Translations under genes and position numbers: made by a program
Notes under the pieces: generated by a model
Told to the model about the DNA's origin: nothing
Databases searched by the model: none
What the model saw: the letters and a program-made list of their open reading frames with translations, nothing else
Shown here: positions 9,306 to 17,518 of the stretch, piece by piece
Layout of the letters: every line of letters starts with the position of its first letter
Position numbering within the stretch: position 1 is the stretch's first letter
Assembly: GCA_964498525.1 (NCBI GenBank)
Contig: CAZCGU010000007.1
Location: 47,405-111,404, forward strand
Length of the DNA: 64,000 nt
Direction: 5' to 3'
Source of the DNA: an uncultured Pelotomaculum sp.
GTDB taxonomy: Bacteria > Bacillota > Desulfotomaculia > Desulfotomaculales > Pelotomaculaceae

Positions 9306-9416
9306 GACAATGCCTGTATGGAATCGTTCTTCGGAACACTGAAACGAGAACTGATTTATGGTAACCGTTTTAAAACAAGGGCTGAAGCCCGCCAGGCCCT
9401 ACAATTAACTCCTTGA
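9306..9416 (+). pseudogene. C-terminal fragment of an IS3-family (rve) transposase
   Basis: Translates to DNACMESFFGTLKRELIYGNRFKTRAEARQALQLTP*. DNA.aESFF..LK.E is the conserved C-terminal block of IS3 OrfB. No upstream catalytic region is present. Confidence 0.75.
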
Positions 9417-9453
9417 TCAGAAGCTTAACCCAAAGATAAGGAATTACAGGAAA

Positions 9454-9699
9454 TTATAACGGTGCTTCCATCTGTAAAAGAATTTCGAGATTAAAATCAT
9501 CAAAGGCAAATATTATTGGTTCATCCAACTCGACGAACATAATTCCATCATTATAGGCATCTTCATTAAAGATAATGCCTATATTCCATATTTCCCAGAT
9601 GCATTTTCCAATAAGGGCAAGTTTTCTTAATTGGTCGGTCAATTCCTGGCATGAGGTAATGACAGGAGGCGTCCATTTATGAAAATCAAAGTTATCCAT
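9454..9699 (-). CDS. hypothetical protein
   Basis: 81-aa acidic ORF downstream of the ParE/RelB pair on the same strand. No motif recognised. Confidence 0.3.
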   Translation of the reverse strand: MDNFDFHKWTPPVITSCQELTDQLRKLALIGKCIWEIWNIGIIFNEDAYNDGIMFVELDEPIIFAFDDFNLEILLQMEAPL

Positions 9700-9743
9700 C
9701 TATAGACCCTCAAATTTTATTGGAAGATGTTTAAATCTTTCGT

Positions 9744-10079
9744 TTATTTTCCTGCTTCCGTTTGCCGCAGCTGTTCTTCAATATCACGTCCGCCGTACAT
9801 AATGCGGATAACCGCGACCATCGTTTTTGCTTCCACAGGCAGATAGAATGCCAAATAATTGTCTATTGGCAAAACCCGCAAGCCCTTGCTATGCCATGGC
9901 TTTTTTTCGTAAAGATGATACCGCAGCGGCATTTCATTTAACTTCGCAACCGCTTCCATGATCCGCAGTACTTGATTCTTTGCAATTTCCGGCTCAAGCA
10001 GGGAAAATGCTATGTACTCGAATATGCTTCGTAAATCGCGCTCAGCCTGCTCGGTGTAAACAACCGTCCATTCGTTCAT
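9744..10079 (-). CDS. parE: type II toxin, ParE/RelE family
   Basis: 111 aa. WTVVYTEQAERDLRSIFEYIAF...IMYGGRDIEEQL is typical of ParE. It overlaps the upstream antitoxin gene by 4 nt. Confidence 0.8.
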   Translation of the reverse strand: MNEWTVVYTEQAERDLRSIFEYIAFSLLEPEIAKNQVLRIMEAVAKLNEMPLRYHLYEKKPWHSKGLRVLPIDNYLAFYLPVEAKTMVAVIRIMYGGRDIEEQLRQTEAGK

Positions 10080-10390
10080 GTTCTGCAGTTCTGGCGCATT
10101 CTATTGGCGATATTTTCTGCAGAAACGACTTTTCCAGCAGTCAAATCAGCCAGACCTTTTTCAATCTCAGCATTGAATTGCTCTTCGGTAAGCGTACCTA
10201 CTGAAAGAGGCTTGCTTTGCGGGAGCTTCAATCCAAAAGGAATACCACGCTGAAGTACGACCTGCCTGAGAAAAAGTCCAATTGCGTTCGACATCGGGAT
10301 ACCAAGCTGCTCTAGAACAAGCTCCGCCTGTTCTTTGATTTCCGGCTCGACTCGGGCAAATATGTTTGATGTTTTTGCCATAATGGACAC
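10076..10390 (-). CDS. type II antitoxin, RelB/DinJ family
   Basis: NIFARVEPEIKEQAELVLEQLGIPMSNAIGLFLRQVVLQRGIPF is the DinJ/RelB ribbon-helix-helix pattern. The real start may be the Met at 10381. Confidence 0.8.
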   Translation of the reverse strand: MSIMAKTSNIFARVEPEIKEQAELVLEQLGIPMSNAIGLFLRQVVLQRGIPFGLKLPQSKPLSVGTLTEEQFNAEIEKGLADLTAGKVVSAENIANRMRQNCRT

Positions 10391-10778
10391 CTCCCATTCC
10401 TGATATTATTATATCCGATTGTATTGCGAGGTGCAATCGGATAGCTAAAATGTTATAGAATTAACAGCCCACGTTCGTCATAGACGTTAGCAACCCATAT
10501 CGACACCACAGCGTATTGCTCTGCCCAACGCCATAATTGTTGGGTAGGATCGCCAGGAGGGAACCGAAACTGTTCACATATTGGAAATGGGGTTATATAC
10601 TTCGGCTGGATAATGGGAGCCGGATGAGCTGAGAGGTTCAAGTCCGGTTCTAAGAGGGCTGTATGTTCAATTTGGTCATGGAGCATTTATTGTGGCGCTC
10701 CTATGAGGAAACGGGGAGAAACAGAGAAAACTAACCTGCTCCCAAAATTAGAGAGGCACACTTCTACTCGACAATGGT

Positions 10779-10826
10779 TAAAAGCTACAGGCCTGCTGCG
10801 CTATGCAGGGTATACTGGCCTGTGGC
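10779..10826 (-). terminator. intrinsic terminator after the 148-aa gene
   Basis: On the minus strand: GCCACAGGCC, 23-nt loop, GGCCTGTAGC, then TTTTA. It sits about 35 nt downstream of the stop at 10862. Confidence 0.4.
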
Positions 10827-10861
10827 TTTTCGATCCCGTGGGAGTCTGCGTTTTTTAATTA

Positions 10862-11308
10862 TTACTGGGTAGATTTATCATTGCAAACTATTACAATTTG
10901 GCCGCTTTTGCCATATGTCTCTACAGCTACTAGATTAAGATAATATTTTAGCTGTTCCAGGGGGGCCAGGCCCGTAATCTTGCTCCAGTCGGCCAGTCTT
11001 TTCAATATTTCCCCGCCGGCAATTTTGTCCTCAAGCACGGTTTTTTTCAGCCCGGTCCTGCCGCAGTAACTGAAGTACGCAAGGTCTATATCCACCAAAA
11101 GTCTCTCGGCGCCGGCAACTCTTACTTTCGCAACCTGCCAACTGCATTTGGCGTAAAAGTCCTCGAATTTTTCTATCCCGTTTGGGTCGCGCACGCCCAA
11201 TTGCGGAAATATGTCATGGTCTATTTGCCAGTCAACATAAATTCCATACAGTTCGTAAACCAGACCATATTTAGTTGTCATTAATTCTTTTTTACCATAG
11301 TTTTTCAA
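10862..11308 (-). CDS. hypothetical protein, co-oriented with the phosphatase pseudogene
   Basis: 148-aa ORF with no recognisable domain, 38 nt downstream of the phosphatase reading frame. Confidence 0.45.
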   Translation of the reverse strand: MKNYGKKELMTTKYGLVYELYGIYVDWQIDHDIFPQLGVRDPNGIEKFEDFYAKCSWQVAKVRVAGAERLLVDIDLAYFSYCGRTGLKKTVLEDKIAGGEILKRLADWSKITGLAPLEQLKYYLNLVAVETYGKSGQIVIVCNDKSTQ

Positions 11309-11346
11309 ATTTTTGCCTTCCTTTCAGGGTAGTTGTTTTAAATAGA

Positions 11347-12002
11347 TTAGGCAGCGCGGTTTCTAACCTGATGTACAGTTACAACTCCTTTATTTAGCTC
11401 AAGAGCGCTTAGACGCCCACCGAAAACGCAGCCGGTGTCAAGGCCGATGCGGCCAGGTGCAAAGAAGGGGTACGGTTCGCCTGTAATATTAAGGGTTGGG
11501 GTATGGCCGAAGATAACAGTTTTGTCTTCAACCGCCGGGTTTAAGTAAAACTCTTCCCGCAGCCAGAGCAGGTCTTGATCATCCTGTTTTGAAAGTTTTA
11601 CGCCGTGCCTGATGCCGCCGTGCACATATATGAATTGTTTGTCTTCAAAGAAGGTTGGGAGTTGCTTGAAGAAATCTAAGTAATTCGCCAGGGCGTCTCC
11701 GTTTTTACTAAAATCGGCAAGGGTGACTTTACCGCCATTGTATAGAAAAATACTGTCACCGTGCTGCAGGTAATCAATCGCCATCTGCTCGTGGTTGCCC
11801 CGCAAAAGAATGACCCGCTGTTTTCCAAAGGTCTCCTGCAGCTCGATCAGCCTGCGCGAGGTACGGTAGCTGTCCGGCCCACGGTCTATGTAGTCTCCGA
11901 GCATGACCAGCCTGTCATGTTTCAAGTTGAGTTTGATTTTTTTAGCAGGCTGCAGAGTTGGGTATAGGAGCCGTGCACATCACCGATAACAAATGTTTTC
12001 AT
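11347..12002 (-). pseudogene. PPP-family Ser/Thr (PrpE/ApaH-like) metallophosphatase interrupted by a frameshift in an A7 run
   Basis: The ATG at 12002 gives MKTFVIGDVHGSYTQLCSLLKK (motif GDxHG), then hits a stop. The rest (LKHDRLVMLGDYIDRGPDS...GNHE...GH) continues in another frame from 11925. The two frames meet at the T7 run 11937-11943 on the plus strand. One extra A would fuse them. Confidence 0.75.
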
Positions 12003-12234
12003 AAATATGTCTCCCCTTTTCTTTTTTTTTGTTTGCAACTTAATTATAAATTCTTTAAGGTTGGGTCCCAATGAAGCCAGGCTTCATATTTGCTCGGTTC
12101 CAAAAGGGTGCCGGCATATGATCGCATAGTTGTTCAATCGGAAGGGGAGATGCGCGAAATAGATATAAAGACCGTGAGCAGAATTTCCCGGCTCGAATAA
12201 AGAGTTTAAAATAATATATTGCAGTTGAAAGGGA

Positions 12235-12280
12235 AGCCACAGGCCGGCGTCGTTAAACGCCGGTCGCCTGTGGCTCTTTT
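12235..12280 (+). terminator. orphan terminator-like hairpin
   Basis: AGCCACAGG-CCGGCGT...ACGCCGG-(TCG)-CCTGTGGCT followed by CTTTTG. There is no plus-strand gene upstream. Confidence 0.3.
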
Positions 12281-12458
12281 GCGTCCGGCTATCGGTGGTC
12301 GATTCAACCTCACGGGTCGGGCAGACTACCGTTCCGGTCTCCAGGGCTAAATTCACGGGTCATCCCGGCTAGCGCCGCCCGCAGTAACGTGGCGGAATTA
12401 TTCCCATTTCATAAATGCACCAGTTTCAAATAAAAAAATAAAAAATAATAAATTAAAC

Positions 12459-12487
12459 TTGACACCGTTACGTCACCATGTTATCAT
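12459..12487 (+). promoter_or_regulatory. sigma-A-like promoter of the MerR / VIT-vWA pair
   Basis: TTGACA at 12459-12464, 17-nt spacer, TATCAT at 12482-12487, about 25 nt upstream of the TTG start with RBS GAGAGGAGG. Confidence 0.4.
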
Positions 12488-12511
12488 ATATGAAACGGTA
12501 CGAGAGGAGGG

Positions 12512-12997
12512 TTGGAAATAGAAGAACAATACCGAATAAGTGAACTGGCGCGCAAGGCGGGAGTATCAAAAAGGACAGTCCATTACTACATTAACAAGGG
12601 CCTCATACCGCCGGCAGCCGGCGCAGGAATAGCCAGTTATTACACGGAAGACCACCTGCACAGGATCCTGTTGATAAAAAAACTCCAAGAACGCTACCTG
12701 CCGCTGGAAAAGGTCAAAAACATTACGGCTGCCCTCACACTCCAGGAGGTCAAACAAAAACTGGAATTCTTAGAAGACGCCGGCAGTGAAGCCGAAATAT
12801 TTGAAGAGGAAAAAGATGCGGCGATATACAGTACGCCTGGTGCAGCCGCAGCTCCGGCGGGCGCTGAATACATTAAAGTTGACCTTGGTCTTGGGGTAGA
12901 GCTTTTCTATCCTAAAGGCATAAGTAAAGAAGGCCTGCTTCAGGTAACAAATATTGTGTCCTATGGCAGGAAACTTTTCAATAAAGAAAATTGTTAG
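12512..12997 (+). CDS. MerR-family transcriptional regulator
   Basis: YRISELARKAGVSKRTVHYYINKGLIPP is a canonical MerR winged-HTH N-terminus. The C-terminal half is acidic and Ala-rich. Confidence 0.8.
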   Translation: MEIEEQYRISELARKAGVSKRTVHYYINKGLIPPAAGAGIASYYTEDHLHRILLIKKLQERYLPLEKVKNITAALTLQEVKQKLEFLEDAGSEAEIFEEEKDAAIYSTPGAAAAPAGAEYIKVDLGLGVELFYPKGISKEGLLQVTNIVSYGRKLFNKENC

Positions 12998-15441
12998 GGG
13001 GAGTAAGGGTGATAGAAGTTCTGTCGGATGAAGACGGCGGCATGCAGGCGGGGATACCTCTTAAAAAAGTAATCATTAAGGGGCAAATATGTGGGCTTTT
13101 TGGTGAATTCCAGTTAAGTCAGGCTTACAAAAATGAAAGCGCAGAGGGAATAGAGGTAATCTACACCTTCCCGCTGCCGGATAATGCTGTCGTTACCGGT
13201 TTTACGGCGCAAATTGGAGACAGGCTTATCAAGTCAGAAATCCGTGAAAGGGAAGAGGCTTTCGAAATCTATGACAAGGCCATAAGAAATAAAATGAGGG
13301 CCTATCTTATGGAAGAGTACAGGCCCAATATTTTTCAGGTTTCCCTGGGACAAGTCCTCCCCGAAGATGATGTAAGGATAGAAATAAGCTACCTGGTTGA
13401 GCTTAAGTATGTGGACAGCGAGCTCAGGGTGCTTATTCCTACTCTTGTAGCCCCAAGATATATACCGGGTAATCCTGCGGTACGTAAAAAGGGAATGGGC
13501 AGATCCCAGCCGACAGACAGAGTTCCGGATGCCGATTTTATTACACCACCGGTGGGGGCGGCAGATTATACAGTTGAGCTCGATCTCACCCTGGACCCAC
13601 TGCTTCCCCTGGCTGGGATTACCTCGCCTTCCCATGACATCAAGGTAGAAGCTATTGACAAAAACCTGCAGAGAGTTACCTTGCTAAACGGGAACACGCT
13701 TTTAGACAGGGATATTATCATAGTTGCCAAATGCCTGGAGGAGGCTGCAGCCGGAGGCGCTGCTTACCAAAGCAGCGAAGGGGACTGGACTGTTTATATG
13801 AACTTCCTGCCTGACCTCAGTACCTTTGAGGACAGGACCGCGAGGGAATATATATTTCTCCTCGACATATCGGGCTCCATGTCCGGGGTAAAGCTTCAGC
13901 AGGCGAAAACCGCGCTGCAGCTTTGTATCAGAAACCTAACGGAAAAGGATGATTTCAATATAGTCGCATTCGAGAGCGGATGCCACTACTTTTCACGCCA
14001 AGAAAGCCTCCCTTTCAATCAGGACAACCTGGATAAAGCAACCGGCTGGATTAATAAGCTTCACTCCATGGGTGGAACTGAGATACTCCGGGCCGTTAAG
14101 TACTCCTTTGAAGGGCTTTCAGAGAAAGAAAAAGTAGTTCTCCTTTTTACCGACGGGGAGGTAGGTAATGAAGCGGAAGTTATAGAGTACGTTAACATGC
14201 ATGCCGGCAAAGGAAGGCTCTTCCCCTTCGGCATCGACACAGCGGTCAATACTTACTTAATAAATGGGTTGGCGGAGGCCGGGCGGGGGCTGGCTGAATA
14301 TATCTACCCTGGGGAGAGGATCGACGACAAAGTCCTCAGGCAGTTTGCCCGCATTAATTCACCTTCTGTCACAGACATAGTTGTTGACTGGGGCTCACTC
14401 AGCCCCACAGAGGTATTTCCGCATAAAGTGGCCGCCATATTTGACCTTGAGCTGTTAACCCTCCTGGGAAGTTTTAAAGGAGACCTCAGCGGGGAGGTTT
14501 ATATCAAGGGAAATGTAAATGGGGAAGAGTTCCACACCGGGCTTAGCCTGAACAGCCTTAAAACCGGAGCAGGCCTTGCCTTTCTGGAAAAGTTTTGGGT
14601 CAAAAAGAAAATAAACGACCTTGAAGCTTCTCTTGTAAACATAAACCCCCGCAGGGCATCTGGGATCCAAAGGGAGATTATTGAACTGGCAAAAAAATTC
14701 GGTGTGAACTCATCTTATACTTCATATGTCGCTGTTGACGAGCGAGAAGATTGTACTCCGGGGGTTCCGAAAACCGTGATTGTTCCTGTACGCAAACCTG
14801 CTCTTTGGTTAGATTCTATATGTCTAGGTTTTTCACATTCTAGTAGTTCTATTCGTCATTTTGCAAAATCTTCTAAGAGTTTACGAATGTTTAGTTCCGA
14901 CTTATTTGTTGGAAAGCTTCGGGGTGGAGTCACAGCGGAAAAGCCGGACATGCTGCGCGAGCTTGCATTGGTTCAGAAGGCCGACGGTTCGTTTTGCGAG
15001 GGGGTTGAAGAGAAGAAGGCAGAAATTACGGCTGTTGGCCTGCTGGCTTTCTTGCATGACGAATCAGACATCACAATATATAAAAAGCAGTTGGAGAAGT
15101 CAGCTAGCTTTCTTATAGAATTTATATCCAATCGACTAGATATGACCTGGGATATGGAACCCGGGAATAACAGAGCACTTGTCCTGTCGGCTATTGCCCT
15201 GCAGGCGGCATTGGAAAAAGCAGTAATTAGAGGCAGGATGAAGATTACGGCTTCACAGGCAGTCGCTGGTGTAAAAAAACACATCGATTCCTTGCCGTCA
15301 AATGATTCGTTTCGTGTCGCGCTGCCCCTGCTGCAAACAGGGGGCGGTATTATAAACGGCGATGTAATGGAAGTGATTTCAAAAATTTTGGGGGGAGACA
15401 TCAAGACACTATTAGAAGAAACGTTAAAATCCAGCAGTTAA
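12991..15441 (+). CDS. VIT domain + von Willebrand factor A (vWA) domain protein with helical C-terminal region
   Basis: N-terminal VIT-like block (IEVIYTFPLPDNAVVTGFTAQIGDRLIKSEIREREEA). MIDAS motif LLDISGSMSG, plus GGTEIL and LLFTDGEV. The start is ambiguous: TTG at 12991, or GTG at 13009 after GGGGGAG. Confidence 0.8.
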   Translation: MLGGVRVIEVLSDEDGGMQAGIPLKKVIIKGQICGLFGEFQLSQAYKNESAEGIEVIYTFPLPDNAVVTGFTAQIGDRLIKSEIREREEAFEIYDKAIRNKMRAYLMEEYRPNIFQVSLGQVLPEDDVRIEISYLVELKYVDSELRVLIPTLVAPRYIPGNPAVRKKGMGRSQPTDRVPDADFITPPVGAADYTVELDLTLDPLLPLAGITSPSHDIKVEAIDKNLQRVTLLNGNTLLDRDIIIVAKCLEEAAAGGAAYQSSEGDWTVYMNFLPDLSTFEDRTAREYIFLLDISGSMSGVKLQQAKTALQLCIRNLTEKDDFNIVAFESGCHYFSRQESLPFNQDNLDKATGWINKLHSMGGTEILRAVKYSFEGLSEKEKVVLLFTDGEVGNEAEVIEYVNMHAGKGRLFPFGIDTAVNTYLINGLAEAGRGLAEYIYPGERIDDKVLRQFARINSPSVTDIVVDWGSLSPTEVFPHKVAAIFDLELLTLLGSFKGDLSGEVYIKGNVNGEEFHTGLSLNSLKTGAGLAFLEKFWVKKKINDLEASLVNINPRRASGIQREIIELAKKFGVNSSYTSYVAVDEREDCTPGVPKTVIVPVRKPALWLDSICLGFSHSSSSIRHFAKSSKSLRMFSSDLFVGKLRGGVTAEKPDMLRELALVQKADGSFCEGVEEKKAEITAVGLLAFLHDESDITIYKKQLEKSASFLIEFISNRLDMTWDMEPGNNRALVLSAIALQAALEKAVIRGRMKITASQAVAGVKKHIDSLPSNDSFRVALPLLQTGGGIINGDVMEVISKILGGDIKTLLEETLKSSS

Positions 15442-15548
15442 GCTGTTTTAGTTGCGGCCTTCAAGGGGGAAACCCATGTTAGTTTTGGGCATCGGCACAA
15501 CTATACAAAAATACTGGTTTATAATCTATAATCAAAGGCAGACTAAAG

Positions 15549-15572
15549 AGCCGTCCGCGAGGGCGGCTTTTC
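15549..15572 (+). terminator. intrinsic terminator after the VIT-vWA gene
   Basis: AGCCGTCC-GCGA-GGGCGGCT followed by TTTT. Confidence 0.4.
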
Positions 15573-15602
15573 CAGTGCCCGGTAACGGGGTACGGTTTAA
15601 CC

Positions 15603-15660
15603 GCGCCCAATGTCCTGCCTGGTATGATTGGATATCTGGGAGTCTAAGTGAAGTTTATTT
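15603..15660 (+). repeat. copy 1 of a ~58-bp repeat flanking rsgA
   Basis: Shares the exact 15-mer GGTATGATTGGATAT and similar flanks, ending in GTTTATTTT, with 17241-17298. Confidence 0.7.
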
Positions 15661-15893
15661 TTTTTTTGCTGCCGAAATTAATAGAATGCTCCATATTACC
15701 ATGGTATTATTAAAGAAATATTTACTGGCCTGGAAAACGGCATTCAGTTAAATTGTAGGAAAGGGAGATATATTTATGACAATCAAAAGTTCATTGAAGA
15801 TTGTGGAGACTGCATCCAAAAAGGGGGGTATTGTAATAATATAAAGCATTTACCCTCCAAGATAAGACTATAACAATTTTGGAGGATTAAATA

Positions 15894-16970
15894 ATGACTG
15901 TAAATTTGCAAAAATACGGACTTGACGAATATTATGTAAAAGAATCGGCAATATATGTGAACTTGTTTATAGCACGCGTTACTGAGCAGCACCGTGAACA
16001 ATACAAAGTGATCACAGAATACGGCGAACTGAGCGCTGTTGTTTCAGGGAAACTTGCCTATCACGCAGATGGCAAAGTGGATTTTCCGGTCGTTGGCGAT
16101 TGGGTGATGATCGACAGAATGGAGGATGATAGCGGTTGTGCCGTCATACACCATATACTGGGGCGTAAAAGCAGGTTTGCGCGCAAAGCCGCGGGCACGG
16201 CGCATGAGGAACAGATTGTCGCCGCAAATATCGATACCATCTTTATTTGTATGTCGCTCAATGCTGACTTCAATCTCAGGCGATTGGAACGATATCTGAC
16301 GATTGCATGGGACAGCATGGCAACCCCTGTAATTGTTTTGACGAAATCTGATTTGTGCAGGGATGTAAAGCCAAAATTGGACGAGGTAGCATCTATGGCT
16401 ATGGGCGTGAATGCGGTGGTCTGCTCCGCCGAAAACTCCGACGGTCTGGATGTGATCCTGACATATATCCGGCCTGGCAAAACCATTGCCTTTATTGGCT
16501 CGTCAGGTGTTGGCAAGTCAACCCTTATTAATCGTCTGATGGGCCGGGATATTCTCGCTACAAAAGAAATCCGCGAGGATGACGGCAGGGGCCGGCATGC
16601 TACCACCCATCGTCAATTGCTTCTGCTTCCAAATGGCGGTGTCGCAATTGACACTCCCGGTATGCGCGAGCTGCAGATTTTTACAGGCGACCTTTCGAAA
16701 ACCTTCGGGGATATAGATGAAATCGCCCTTGGGTGCAAATACAGGAACTGTGTCCATGGCAATGAACCGGGCTGTGCTGTGAGGAAGGCGATCAAAAACG
16801 GAATACTGTCAAAAAAACGTTTTGAGAGCTATCAAAAGCTGCAACTCGAGATGTCCTATGACGGGCTGAACGCCCGTCAGCGGGAGAATGAAAAAATCAA
16901 CCGTATGTTCGGAAGCAAGGCGGAAATGAAGCAGGTCTTCAGGCAAATAAAGGGAAATAAAAAACGATGA
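15894..16970 (+). CDS. rsgA: ribosome small-subunit-dependent GTPase A
   Basis: Circularly permuted GTPase motifs: LTKSDL, GSSGVGKSTLINRL, DTPGMREL. C-terminal zinc knuckle CKYRNCVHGNEPGCAV. Confidence 0.9.
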   Translation: MTVNLQKYGLDEYYVKESAIYVNLFIARVTEQHREQYKVITEYGELSAVVSGKLAYHADGKVDFPVVGDWVMIDRMEDDSGCAVIHHILGRKSRFARKAAGTAHEEQIVAANIDTIFICMSLNADFNLRRLERYLTIAWDSMATPVIVLTKSDLCRDVKPKLDEVASMAMGVNAVVCSAENSDGLDVILTYIRPGKTIAFIGSSGVGKSTLINRLMGRDILATKEIREDDGRGRHATTHRQLLLLPNGGVAIDTPGMRELQIFTGDLSKTFGDIDEIALGCKYRNCVHGNEPGCAVRKAIKNGILSKKRFESYQKLQLEMSYDGLNARQRENEKINRMFGSKAEMKQVFRQIKGNKKR

Positions 16971-17240
16971 TGATGGGTCAAGAAAACATTATGGGCTGCG
17001 GTATATTTTAGGATCGCCGGATGTTAAGAAAATCTGAAAATTCCTCACTGCTGGTTTAGCGTCAGCGATGGGGAGTTTTTATTATCTTCAGACATAAAAC
17101 ACATCATTTGCTCACCTTTGTTAATAAAAATGGCGGCACACACAAAACCAAGATGAATAAGTTGCTCTGATATTCTGATATGCTTTTCGATAAGAAATGC
17201 AGCATGTCCATAACCGGATTAAAATACCAGCATATTAGTT

Positions 17241-17298
17241 GCGGCCCTGTGCCTGTCAGGTATGATTGGATATATGGGGAGTCCAGTGAGTTTATTTT
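17241..17298 (+). repeat. copy 2 of the ~58-bp repeat flanking rsgA
   Basis: See 15603-15660. The exact core GGTATGATTGGATAT is at 17259-17273. Confidence 0.7.
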
Positions 17299-17388
17299 AT
17301 TTTTACAGAAAATGATTATGGAACCAAAATAGCTGTCCACACTATGACGAGCAAAGATCCGTGATATGAGAAAATGCGATCGGCGGGA

Positions 17389-17423
17389 TTAAGGGACAGC
17401 GGACCTGTCCCCCTGTCCCTTAA
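17389..17423 (+). repeat. perfect 11-bp-stem palindrome containing the GGGACAG / GGACCTGTCCCCCTGT motif
   Basis: TTAAGGGACAG-cggacctgtcccc-CTGTCCCTTAA. The 16-mer GGACCTGTCCCCCTGT recurs at 30851-30866. Confidence 0.8.
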
Positions 17424-17518
17424 AGAATATTCTTTGCTGATACAATATATCTCAAGGTTTGACATTATCTCCGAAGGTATTACCGGGGTTTTTGTAAAAT
17501 AAAGTTCCCGATCTGTTT

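Noticed and set aside
10600-10660. T-loop-like GGTTCAAGTCC inside the 10453-10686 region, and the 77-aa minus-strand ORF there
   Set aside because: No cloverleaf or tmRNA-like context can be built around it. The ORF has no recognisable motif or RBS, so it is left unannotated.
12290-12410. Riboswitch-like fragments: an AGCCCTGGAGACCGG string resembling a B12 box, and GGACGCAAAAGAGCC resembling part of the c-di-GMP-I core (both on the minus strand); also GCCCGCAGTAACGT on the plus strand
   Set aside because: The fragments are on different strands or in the wrong order relative to the consensus architectures. Other obligatory elements (GGGAA/GGTG..TCC for cobalamin, GGCAAAC for GEMM-I) are missing. 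This needs an Infernal scan before any claim.
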